The notes under the pieces: generated by a model
Database searches by the model: none
What the model was told of the DNA's origin: nothing
The model's input: the letters and a program-made list of their open reading frames with translations, nothing else
In this document: positions 48,447-57,583 of the stretch, one piece after another
How positions within the stretch are numbered: position 1 is the stretch's first letter
Layout: every line of letters begins with the position of its first letter
Made by a program: the position numbers and the translations under genes
Source: an uncultured Chloroflexia bacterium
Lineage (GTDB): Bacteria > Chloroflexota > Anaerolineae > Caldilineales > Caldilineaceae
Reading direction: 5' to 3'
Assembly: GCA_963721725.1 (NCBI GenBank)
Contig: CAVRLX010000032.1
Span: forward strand, 68,380-132,379
Length of the DNA: 64,000 nt

Positions 48447-48553
48447 CGGGCATAAAGTCCCCGTGCTACCCGCCGCGCCCCGTGAACGGGGCTATTGGTA
48501 TAAAGCCCCGTTCACGGGGACGCTGTGTCTAGCCGGGGGACTTCATGTCCCGG
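48447..48553. repeat. compound palindrome: a central perfect 15-bp-stem hairpin flanked by inverted GGGGACTT(T/C)ATG(T)CCC units
   Basis: The central arms are ccccgtgaacggggc (48478..48492) and gccccgttcacgggg (48505..48519). The flanks are cgggcataaagtccccg (48447..48463) and ccgggggacttcatgtcccgg (48533..48553). The right flank overlaps the MBL stop codon. Confidence 0.75.
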
Positions 48554-49346
48554 CGGTCACCCACCGTAGCCCATTCTCCGCGCGTGCCACGCGCCCCATC
48601 CCGGCCACGTGCGAGGCGACCAGCAGCGCATCTTCGGTCAGGGCGCGCGCAATGAGAGCATCGCGGCTTTCGTCGTGTTGGGGGCGATCCGCCCACCAGC
48701 AGGCCCAGTCGGGATGTTCGATCTCAATGGCATGGTGAACCAGATCGCCGATGTGGTAGAGCGGGGTGTCAGTCCGCTCTACGCGTACGATCTGATGGCC
48801 CGCCGATTCGCCCGGCGCGGGGATCACGGTGACGCCAGGCACAATTGCGGTCTCCTCGCTGATCAAGGTCAGCTTGCCCAAGCGATGGAGCACGCCAAAG
48901 GTGTGTGACTCCAGCGAGTCGGCTTTGTAAAGTTTGTGCTGCATGGTGTTCCAATCGCCCTCGCCCAGGTAGTGCATGGCGTTGGGGAAGACGGGCTGCC
49001 ACTCGCCGTTGCGCTCTACCGTCAGCCCGTTGAAGTGATCGCCGTGGGCGTGGGTGATGATCACCTGCTCCACGCTCTCTGCTGGGATGTCCACGGCGGC
49101 CAGTTGTGCGGTGATTGGGGGCGGCGGCGCGTAGTCGGGAATGAGAATAATGCTGGGATCGGCGTCGTCATAGACTGGGGCATCGATCAGCACCACGCCG
49201 TGATCGGTCTTTAGCGCCAGGGCTTGATAGACCCCCCGCTGCGGCGTTTGCAGCGCGGCGACATCGGGAAACTCAGCGGGATCGACGCGAAACCATTCGC
49301 CCAGCTCGGCGAGAAAGTCGCCCGCGTTGAGGAGGTGGATCTGCAT
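48543..49346 (-). CDS. MBL-fold metallo-hydrolase
   Basis: MQIHLLNAGDFLAEL...VIITHAHGDHFNGL carries the HxHxDH motif, followed by a downstream ..GESAGHQIV.. segment. The ORF is intact, with the start at the internal Met (49346). Confidence 0.85.
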   Translation of the reverse strand: MQIHLLNAGDFLAELGEWFRVDPAEFPDVAALQTPQRGVYQALALKTDHGVVLIDAPVYDDADPSIILIPDYAPPPPITAQLAAVDIPAESVEQVIITHAHGDHFNGLTVERNGEWQPVFPNAMHYLGEGDWNTMQHKLYKADSLESHTFGVLHRLGKLTLISEETAIVPGVTVIPAPGESAGHQIVRVERTDTPLYHIGDLVHHAIEIEHPDWACWWADRPQHDESRDALIARALTEDALLVASHVAGMGRVARAENGLRWVTAGT

Positions 49347-49395
49347 GGATATAGGTCTCCTTGTGCGGATGCGACCTACGCATCCGCACGTTTTT

Positions 49396-52300
49396 TCAGC
49401 GTTGGATAGAGGGCAGGTAGATAGATTTGGCTTCGGCAACCGAGGCCAGCGGCAAAAGAACGTCAAAGGCCACACCGCCGATCAGCTCGTTGCCGATATA
49501 GCCTTCCACTGTTGCACGCGGTGTTGTGCCCTGGGCGGCGGCGGTTCCTGCCTGAATAGAGACCGTAACCGAGATACGCTCGCCCGGCTGCAACAGGGGC
49601 GCTTGTGGCGTCACTGTCACCGTCCAGTCTGGCGGCAGATCGATCCGGCGCACACGCAGATCGACCGTTGCGGCGGTGCTTTTGGGATTGGCGACCTCGA
49701 TGGTTCCCACGGTTTCAAAGACACGCACCAAGCTGTGATCCGGCTCTTCGCGCGGCCAGGCGACCGGGGCTGCCGCCCATGGAGATGCCAAAGGCAGGCG
49801 GCGCAAGGATGGCATGGCCCGCCTCACGAAAACCGTTGGCGATCTGCGGCAGAATCACCAGCATATCCCCGGCCATCGCTTTGGGGTCGGCGTTGATGCG
49901 CCGCTGGAGCGCTTCGGCAATGCCCTCGTCGGTGAGGCCAGCCAGTCGTGCCGCGTCCAGCTCTTGCTGGGTAAAGCCCTGGCTGCTCAGTCGCTGCTGA
50001 TAGGCCCGATAGTCGTCGGCGCTGACGATCATGTCTGTAATCCCCTCATTTTTCAACGTCTGCACCAAGGCATCCATCTTATCTGCCACGGTAATCATCG
50101 CACGGGCAGACGCATCTAGATAGAAGAGATAAGCACTGGCCTGGCGTGATGACCATTCCAGATCGTTGGCCTGGGCTGCGCCGCCGTAGCGATCATGCGA
50201 GAGCGCCGCGGCGATCAGTTTGGCGGTGAGATCGGCGGAGGCGGAGGCCAGTTCGTTGACGGCGTTGGCGCGGGCCACAGGAATGCCATTGCCCGGCTGC
50301 ACAGGCGGGAAGGTTAACTCTTCGAGTGTGGCGAGAACTGTATAATCCTGCCGGGGCGGGTCTTGCTTGAGATTGCCCAGGCTATCACCGGGCAGTTTCA
50401 TGCGTGGCCCCTGCCAGCCTTTGCAACTAGTGCCGCCCGCCAGGGCACAGTTGATGCCACCCCCAGCCTCGTATTGAAAGTCGAGAATGTTGCCCACCAT
50501 CAACCCTTGCAACAGACCGCCGGGAATGCTAGGGAGGTCGGCAAAGAGCGAGACCAAGAAGGATCCGTCGCTAATCGCATCGTTGGCATGGCGGGCTTTG
50601 TCAATGGAATTTTTGGCTGATGGACTAAGGAACGGCCCCGGATAGACGTTTAGGTTGCGCTGTGAGCGACCCGACCCTGCGGCGGCGGTGACGGCGGCGT
50701 CGACGGTGCGGAAGCTGTATTCAAACTGCACACAGTAATGGCCGGTGACCGACGGCGTCCACAGTACTTCGATTACGCCTGTGCTGTTGGCCGGGATCAG
50801 TGCATCGCGTACGTCACCCACCGGGCCAAAGGTGAGGCCGATACCCGCTTGCGCATAGCCAAACAATCCGTCAACGAGAATAGGATAGGGATGGGGATTG
50901 ACCAGAGTGGCGCGCAATTTGGTGGGTACACCGCGCATAATCGGCTCTGGGATGATCTCTATGTTACCGTTCATATAGGGCGCTTCGGCATTAGGCATCA
51001 GTTCGCCCGCAACGTTCTCATCGGTAAATGTGACCCTGGCACTCTGGCTGCGTGCCGACTCACAACTGTTCACTGCATCCAGGGTCGCCACTAATTCGGC
51101 ATCGCCCGCTCTGGAGGCGCGCAGATAGGCAAAGGTTTGGCCCTGCACATCGGTGATGCCGCCATCGGTCACATTGCCCAGCGTGCTAGTCAGGCGGACC
51201 TGACGGCCCGGCAGCGGGCGACCCTCTCCATCCTTGAGTGAAATGGTCACAAAGATGCGCGTGCTGCCATCGGCGGGGGCAAACCAGCGCTGCGGCGTAA
51301 TCGAGAGCGTGCGCACATCCGCCAGCGCAATCGGCCCCGGATCCGCATCGGCGCTGGCAAGGTAGGGCACGAAGGCGACGCCTGCACTCACCTTGCTGCC
51401 TGTGCCGCCAGGGTTACAGTCGGTGCTGATCTGCGAATCGGTAAAGGTAGGGCCAGTGGCCGATCCCCACCAGTTATTGGCCCCCAGTATCGGCTTGGTG
51501 CGTTCGACGTTGCGCACCCCAAACTCCGCATTGTTCACAATCTGGCTTGTTTCAACCACCGAACCAGAACCGCCATACCAGACATAGAGGCCATCCTTGC
51601 TGCTGTGGCGGAGGATGCTGCGCTCCACAGCCACCCGGCCATAGGCCACATAGATATTTCCATAGCCATTGCCGCCCCCATATTCAATCGTGGCATAGCG
51701 CAAGGCCATATTCGCCGAAGGATCGGCTGCCGACCCTTCTACGCTGATGCCCCCCCACCAGCCAGGTTGCTGGGTAGTTCCGCTAAAGGTAATACGCTGC
51801 TGCGTCGTGCCCAGAGCCTGTAACGTACCGCGGACGCGCAGCCCAGCATGTTGGGCGAACTGTACCTGCACGCCTGGCTCAAGCGTAAGGGTTGCGCCAG
51901 CGTCCACGGTCTGGTTTTTGGTGACCAGATAGGGCACGCCGAGATTTTCCCACAGGTGGCTGCCCGCCATTGTGCCGCTGCCCAGGGCGATGGCGTTCGT
52001 GCCGTTGCCGCTGACGGTCAGCCGTGCCAGTGTCGGGTTGACGCTGCCGTCGATGAACTGGACCGGATAGCGCGCATTGTCGGTCAGCGCCACGTCGGAA
52101 AGGTGTGCCACCGCATCATACCAGCCATAGATACCGTCCTGGCTGCTGTGGCGGATGATGCTTTGCTGAATGGGCACAGTGGCGTATTCCAAATAGAGCG
52201 TGCCATAGCTGTTGTTGCCGCCGTACTCGATTGTCACATAGGTGAGGGCAGAGGTGGTCAGCGGTGAATTGGAGGTGCCCACAATGCTAATGCCATCCCA

Positions 52301-53779
52301 CCAGCCGGGTTGCGGTGTGCTGCCAGTGAAGGTAATCCGCTCATCCGCCGTGCCGATTGCCTGGAATTTGCCCAAAACACGCAGCCCGGCGTTTTGGGCA
52401 AATTGCACCTGCACGCCAGGCTCGATGATCAACGCGGCGTTTAGTGCCACGGTCTGGTTTTTGGTGACCAGATAGGGGACGCCGAGATTTTCCCACAGGT
52501 GGTTGCCCTCCATTGTACCGCTGCCCAGGGCGATAGCATTCGTGCCGTTGCCGCTGACGGTCAGCCGCGCCAGCGTTGGGTTGACACTGCCGTCGATGAA
52601 CTGGACCGGATAGCGCGCATTGTCGGTCAGCGCCACGTCGGAAAGGTGTGCCACCGCATCATACCAGCCATAGATACCGTCCTGGCTGCTGTGGCGGATG
52701 ATACTTTGCTGAATGGGCACAGTGGCATATTCCAAATAGAGCGTGCCATAGCTGTTGTTGCCGCCGTACTCGATTGTCACATAGGCGAGGGCAGAGGTGG
52801 TCAGCGGTGAATTGGAGGTGCCCACAATGCTAATGCCATCCCACCAGCCAGGTTGCTGCGTGCTGCCGGTAAAGGTAATGCGCGCCGCGGCTGTGCCGAT
52901 TGCCTGTAACGTGCCGCGGACGCGCAGCCCGGCGTTTTGGGCGAACTGTACCTGCACGCCTGGCTCAAGCGTGAGGGTTGCGCCAGCGTCCACGGTCTGG
53001 TTTTTGGTGACCAGATAGGGGACGCCGAGATTTTCCCACAGGTGGCTGCCCGCCATTGTGCCGCTGCCCAGGGCGATAGCGTTCGTGCCGTTGCCACTGA
53101 CGGTCAGCCGCGCCAGTGTCGGGTTGACGCTGCCGTCGATGAACTGGACCGGATAGCGCGCATTGTCGGTCAGCGCCACGTCGGAAAGGTGTGCCACCGC
53201 ATCATACCAGCCATAGATACCGTCTTTGCTGCTGTGGCGGATGATGCTCTGCTGAATGGGCACAGTGGCGTATTCCAAATAGAGCGTGCCATAGCTGTTG
53301 TTGCCGCCGTACTCGATTGTCACATAGGCGAGGGCAGAGGTGGTCAGCGGTGAATTGGATGTGCCCACAATGCTAATGCCATCCCACCAGCCGGGTTGCG
53401 GCGTGCTGCCAGTGAAGATAATCCGCTCATCCGCCGTGCCGATTGCCTGGAGTCGGCCCAAGACACGCAGACCAGCGTTTTGGGCGAACTGTACCTGCAC
53501 GCCAGGCTCAATCGTCAGCGTGACCCCCGCGGCAATGGTCACATCTGTTGTAACCTCATAAGGATTGCCTGCTTTTGTCCAAGTGGTGTTGCTGGTGATG
53601 TTCGACGAAATGATTGTGCTAGGGGCGAGCGGCTGAATATCCTCTTGGGCCTGTAAAAGCGTCGACGCGAACCGCAGCGCAAACACAAGCGCGCCGAACA
53701 CCAGGATCCATGCGAAGAAAAGCCGACGACCCTGACCGAAAATAATTTTGGGACTGTCCATAAGCCTTATCCTGAGCAT
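49396..53779 (-). CDS. giant secreted protein: 4 tandem right-handed beta-helix modules, Big-like and CARDB/Ig-like domains, an unknown helical region, and a C-terminal Ig-like domain; 1 frameshift near 49790
   Basis: It has the signal/TM segment RRLFFAWILVFGALVFALRFASTLLQAQ. Four ~181-aa modules follow (..LEPGVQVQFAQNAGLRV.G.LQAIGT...ITFTGS..QPGWWDGISIVG...YVTIEYGGNNSYGTLYLEYATVPIQQSIIRHSS.DGIYGW..). The Big-like segment is LSITPQRWFAPADGSTRIFVTISLKDGEGRPLPGRQVRLTS. The tail continues in ORF 49396..49827. Confidence 0.8.
51365..53536. repeat. in-gene tandem array: 4 units of 543 bp (three near-identical, one divergent) with a 1086-bp higher-order period
   Basis: The anchor string ggtctggtttttggtgaccagatagg recurs at 51908, 52451 and 52994, exactly 543 bp apart. 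The shadow ORFs 51848..52267 and 52937..53353 are near-identical and 1086 bp apart. Confidence 0.9.
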
Positions 53780-53864
53780 TGGTAAAGGAGATACACTAAG
53801 TAGCTTCGAAACATTTGTGTGCGCGCGGGTGCCCAAAAATACGAAACCCTCGCGCCGCCGCTGC

Positions 53865-56336
53865 TCACACTTTGAGTCTCGCCATCTTGGGATCATACAA
53901 CGGCTCGTCTGTCACGGTGGCGGGCTGGCGTTTGCCAAAATAGGCCACCTCTAGCTTTGTCCCCGGTGCACTGTGGGCGGCGGGCAGATAGGCGTAGATA
54001 ATGTGTTTGCCCACGCTGTAGCCATAGTTGGCGCTGGCGACATAGCCCACACACTCGCCGTTGCTATAGATCGCCTCTTTGCCCAGCGCCATGCCATCGG
54101 GCGTGTCCAACGTCAGGCAGCAGAGTTTGCGGCTGAGGGGCGCGTCTTTGATGTGAAGCAGCGCCTCGCGCCCGACGAAATCGCCTTTTTTCAGATTCAC
54201 CGCCCAGCCGATACCTGCCTCGTAGGGAGTGTAATCGGCGTGAATGTCCTGACCCCACAGCCTATAACCCTTCTCCAGCCGCAGCGAATCAAACGCACCG
54301 CCGCCCGCCGCGATCATCTCGAACTCGCGCCCAGCCTCCCACAGCGCATCCCACAACCCCAGGGCCAACTCGGTTCCCGTGTAAAGCTCCCAGCCCAACT
54401 CACCCGCATACGAGAGACGCAGCGCCGTCACCGGGATCGCGCCCACCTCGATCTCCTGCATGGTGTAATAGGGGAAGGCTTCGTTGCTCACATCGGCGTG
54501 GGTAACTTTCTGCAACACTTTGCGCGCATTCGGTCCCCACAGCCCAATCGGCGCATAGCGGGCCGAAAGATCCGTGATCTGCACGCTGCCGTCGGTGGGG
54601 GCGTTTGCGCGTAGCCATGCAAGATCGTGGGTGAGCAGCCCGCCGCCGGTGAGCACCCAGAAGCGATCTGCCGCCTTGCGCACAATTGTGAGATCGGCCT
54701 TGATGCCGCCCTTTGGCGTGAGCAGGCTGGTGTAGACAATTTTGCCCACGGGACGGTCGATTTTATTGGCGGCTATGCGTTCTAAAAAGGCCACGCTGCC
54801 GGGGCCGCTCACTTCAATCACTGCCAACGCGCCGATGTTAAACATGCCCACGTTATTACGCACTTCCAGATGTTCCGCCCCCTGAATGGGCGACCAAAAC
54901 TGGCTTTCCCAGCCCTGGCGCTGCGGAATCTGATCCTCGTACTTCTCCAACAGGCGGGCATTGCTGTTGTACCAGAGCGCCATCTCGTAGCCCGCCGAGG
55001 GCACAAAATGGGCATCTTGCGCGGCCAAGCGGGCATGAAACGGGGTGAGGCGCAGATTGCGCGGCTCTTCGTACGGCTGGGTCGGGTGGATAATGTCATA
55101 CACCTCCCGGTAGTTTTGCGCACAGCGCAGATCCACAAAAAGTTGGGTCTTTTGGTGGGGCAAGAAGCGGTTAATGTCGGCCTCGTGCAGATCCCATTCC
55201 GGTTCCCCGTAGGTCATCCACTCGGCAATACTCTTACCCACGCCGCCGGCATGGGTGATCCAAACCCCTACGGCGCTCCAAAAGCCTTTGACCTGCGACT
55301 CGCCCATCACCGGATAGCCGTCCACGGTGAAGGCAAACATGCCGTTAAATTTCGTGGTCAACTCGGTTTTCGCCAGCGGCGGCATCAGTTCCGTGGACGC
55401 CTTCCACGCCACCTCGTAATGTTCTGGGGTAAAGGGCAACATGGCAGTTTTGCCCAGATCACGCGGGCGCACCATCAGCGGCACGTGGCGATAATTGCCA
55501 ATCCCGTAGCTGTCCCAATGCTGGCGGAAATAGAGCGAGAAATCTTGATGGCGCATAATCGGATGTACGATCTCGCGGTTTTCGTTCTCTTTGGCGTAGC
55601 GGCTCAGCTCGGCCACCGGGGTTGTGATGGTGTACTGATGTTGCGCGGCCAACAGGGGGATGTTCAGCCCAGCCTTTTCGCTAATCATCGGTGCCCAGAT
55701 GTTGGCACACAGCAGCGCACTTTCACAGTCAATGCGCCCGCGTGTGGTGATCACCGCGGTGATGTGGCCGTGGGTCACTTCAATGTCGGTCACCGCGGCG
55801 TTCGTCACAAACTGCACGCCGCCGATGCGCTCGGCCTCGCGCGCCAGCGAACCGGCCACGTGCCAGCCGATGACATTGGTGTCGCCGGGCACGTAATAGC
55901 TGCCGAGGATCACCTTTGGATCAATGAGCGGGAGCTTTTCAATGGTCTCTTCGGGGGTGAGCAGGTGCGTTTCTACGCCGTAGCCCGCGGCTGTGCCCTG
56001 TTTGCGTTTGAGATCTTCCATGCGCTCTTTCGTGTAGGCAACTTCAAGCCCACCCACACGCCGCACCGGCGGTCGCCCCGGCTCGTATTCTGGCAGTTCG
56101 CTGTAGGCCTGCACCGAGTAGACCGCAAAGCGTGTCATCATGCGCGAGAAGTTGGTGATGTGCATGCCGCCGGGCGCGTGGGAAGTGGAGCCGTCGTTAT
56201 AGGGCAGCTCGCCTTTGTCCACCACCACAATGTCACGCCAGCCCAGCTTCGCCAGATGATAGGCCGCGCTACAGCCCACAATGCCGCCGCCCATGATCAC
56301 CAGGCGGGCCTGGGTGGGAATGGTTGAATCGGTCAT
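53865..56336 (-). CDS. dimethylglycine oxidase/dehydrogenase-like bifunctional protein (FAD amine oxidase fused to a GcvT-fold folate-binding domain), 824 aa
   Basis: MTDSTIPTQARLVIMGGGIVGCSAAYHLAKLGWRDIVVVDKG...STSHAPGG... The C-terminal aminomethyltransferase-fold region reads ..LRLSYAGELGWELY..FDSLRLEKGYRLWGQD... The ORF is intact. Confidence 0.88.
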   Translation of the reverse strand: MTDSTIPTQARLVIMGGGIVGCSAAYHLAKLGWRDIVVVDKGELPYNDGSTSHAPGGMHITNFSRMMTRFAVYSVQAYSELPEYEPGRPPVRRVGGLEVAYTKERMEDLKRKQGTAAGYGVETHLLTPEETIEKLPLIDPKVILGSYYVPGDTNVIGWHVAGSLAREAERIGGVQFVTNAAVTDIEVTHGHITAVITTRGRIDCESALLCANIWAPMISEKAGLNIPLLAAQHQYTITTPVAELSRYAKENENREIVHPIMRHQDFSLYFRQHWDSYGIGNYRHVPLMVRPRDLGKTAMLPFTPEHYEVAWKASTELMPPLAKTELTTKFNGMFAFTVDGYPVMGESQVKGFWSAVGVWITHAGGVGKSIAEWMTYGEPEWDLHEADINRFLPHQKTQLFVDLRCAQNYREVYDIIHPTQPYEEPRNLRLTPFHARLAAQDAHFVPSAGYEMALWYNSNARLLEKYEDQIPQRQGWESQFWSPIQGAEHLEVRNNVGMFNIGALAVIEVSGPGSVAFLERIAANKIDRPVGKIVYTSLLTPKGGIKADLTIVRKAADRFWVLTGGGLLTHDLAWLRANAPTDGSVQITDLSARYAPIGLWGPNARKVLQKVTHADVSNEAFPYYTMQEIEVGAIPVTALRLSYAGELGWELYTGTELALGLWDALWEAGREFEMIAAGGGAFDSLRLEKGYRLWGQDIHADYTPYEAGIGWAVNLKKGDFVGREALLHIKDAPLSRKLCCLTLDTPDGMALGKEAIYSNGECVGYVASANYGYSVGKHIIYAYLPAAHSAPGTKLEVAYFGKRQPATVTDEPLYDPKMARLKV

Positions 56337-56439
56337 AACAATTTCTCCTGCTATGGGTTGCGAAAGGGTAATGTGCGCATAATACCATTGGAATAAATTC
56401 AATAACACTGTTTGGCAAGCTTGCTTGTTTCCGCCATCT

Positions 56440-56468
56440 TTGACCGCACTATGGCGGCGTGCTACAAT
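56440..56468 (+). promoter_or_regulatory. candidate sigma-70-type promoter (TTGACC-17 nt-TACAAT) for the GT2/sugar-transferase genes
   Basis: -35 is at 56440..56445 and -10 is at 56463..56468, with an exact 17-nt spacer, about 80 nt upstream of the ATG at 56550. Confidence 0.5.
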
Positions 56469-56549
56469 CCTTGCCTGGGGGGCGGAACCCCGTCTGTCGT
56501 CCAAAGCGTTGATCTGTATAGCAATTTTACCTGTGTTATCTCTAAAAGA

Positions 56550-57554
56550 ATGGGGTGCGTGCCGATGACCAGGGCAACGGTACTCACATGGCAGGTATGG
56601 CTGGCCGATGTCGCCACACAGCGACAGCCGGACGGCGCGCTGGATCTGGCCGTTGTGGTCCTCAATTATAATTCGCGTCAACTTTTGCGCGATTGCCTGG
56701 AGACCGTACTGGCCTCAGAGGGCGATTTTCGCTATACCGTCTTTGTGGTGGACAATGCCAGCGCCGATAACAGCGCCGAACTGGTGCGTGCCGATTACTC
56801 GGCGGTGACGCTGATTGCCAACGACAAGAATGTGGGCTTCAGCGCAGGCAACAATCAGGCCATGCGCATGATGGGTTTTGGTGATCCCACACGCCCCGAT
56901 TGGCAGTTACCGCGCTATCTGCTGCTGCTTAACATGGACACTTTAGTGCCGCCCACGGCGCTGGCGCACATGATCGCCTGGATGGACGCTCACCCTGGCG
57001 TTGGGGCCGCGGGTCCGCGTGTGCGCCGCCCCGATGGCTCGCTGGATCGGGCCTGCCGCCGCAGCTTTCCCACGCCGCAGGTCAGCTTCTTTCGCATGAC
57101 GGGGCTAAGCCGTCTTTTTCCGCGTAGCCCGCTCTTCAACGCCTATAATTTAGAATATCTACCCGAAGATGCTGTACATGCGGTGGATTCGGTGGTGGGC
57201 GCGTACATGCAAGTGCGCCGTGAGGCCATTCAAGCCGTGGGGCTGTTGGACGAACACTATTTTATGTATGGCGAAGATCTGGACTGGGCCAAGCGCATCA
57301 AAGATGGCGGCTGGGAGATCTGGTACAACGGCGCGGTGGAGATCACCCACGTCAAAGAAGCTGCCAGCAAACGCAGCCGCAAAGCGCGCCTGGCCTTCTA
57401 TGAAGCCATGTGGATCTTCTATCGCAAGCATTATCAGGCCCAGACGCCCTGGCTATTGGACAAGCTGATCTTGCTCGGGATTGCGCTCAAAGGTGGGGCG
57501 GACATTGCCGGGCGCATGTGGCAGTTGCGCCATCAGCGGGAATTGCAGACGTAA
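56550..57554 (+). CDS. family 2 glycosyltransferase
   Basis: LDLAVVVLNYNSRQLLRDCLETVL...VFVVDNASADNS...NDKNVGFSAGNNQAMR...YGEDLDWAKR, with the DxD/ED motifs of GT2. The start is ambiguous between 56550 and 56565. Confidence 0.88.
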   Translation: MGCVPMTRATVLTWQVWLADVATQRQPDGALDLAVVVLNYNSRQLLRDCLETVLASEGDFRYTVFVVDNASADNSAELVRADYSAVTLIANDKNVGFSAGNNQAMRMMGFGDPTRPDWQLPRYLLLLNMDTLVPPTALAHMIAWMDAHPGVGAAGPRVRRPDGSLDRACRRSFPTPQVSFFRMTGLSRLFPRSPLFNAYNLEYLPEDAVHAVDSVVGAYMQVRREAIQAVGLLDEHYFMYGEDLDWAKRIKDGGWEIWYNGAVEITHVKEAASKRSRKARLAFYEAMWIFYRKHYQAQTPWLLDKLILLGIALKGGADIAGRMWQLRHQRELQT

Positions 57555-57583
57555 TAAAGTTTGATTATTCACCGGGACTAACC

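Noticed and set aside
51365-53536. The tandem repeat array considered as a CRISPR array or a DGR template/variable repeat pair.
   Set aside because: The units are 543 bp, contiguous and in-frame coding sequence of one protein, with no spacers. There is no cas or reverse-transcriptase gene in the window. Differences between units are not restricted to adenines.
54870-56327. A 485-aa plus-strand ORF.
   Set aside because: It is antisense to the intact DMG-oxidase-like gene, and its composition is typical of reverse-frame translation of a GC-rich gene.
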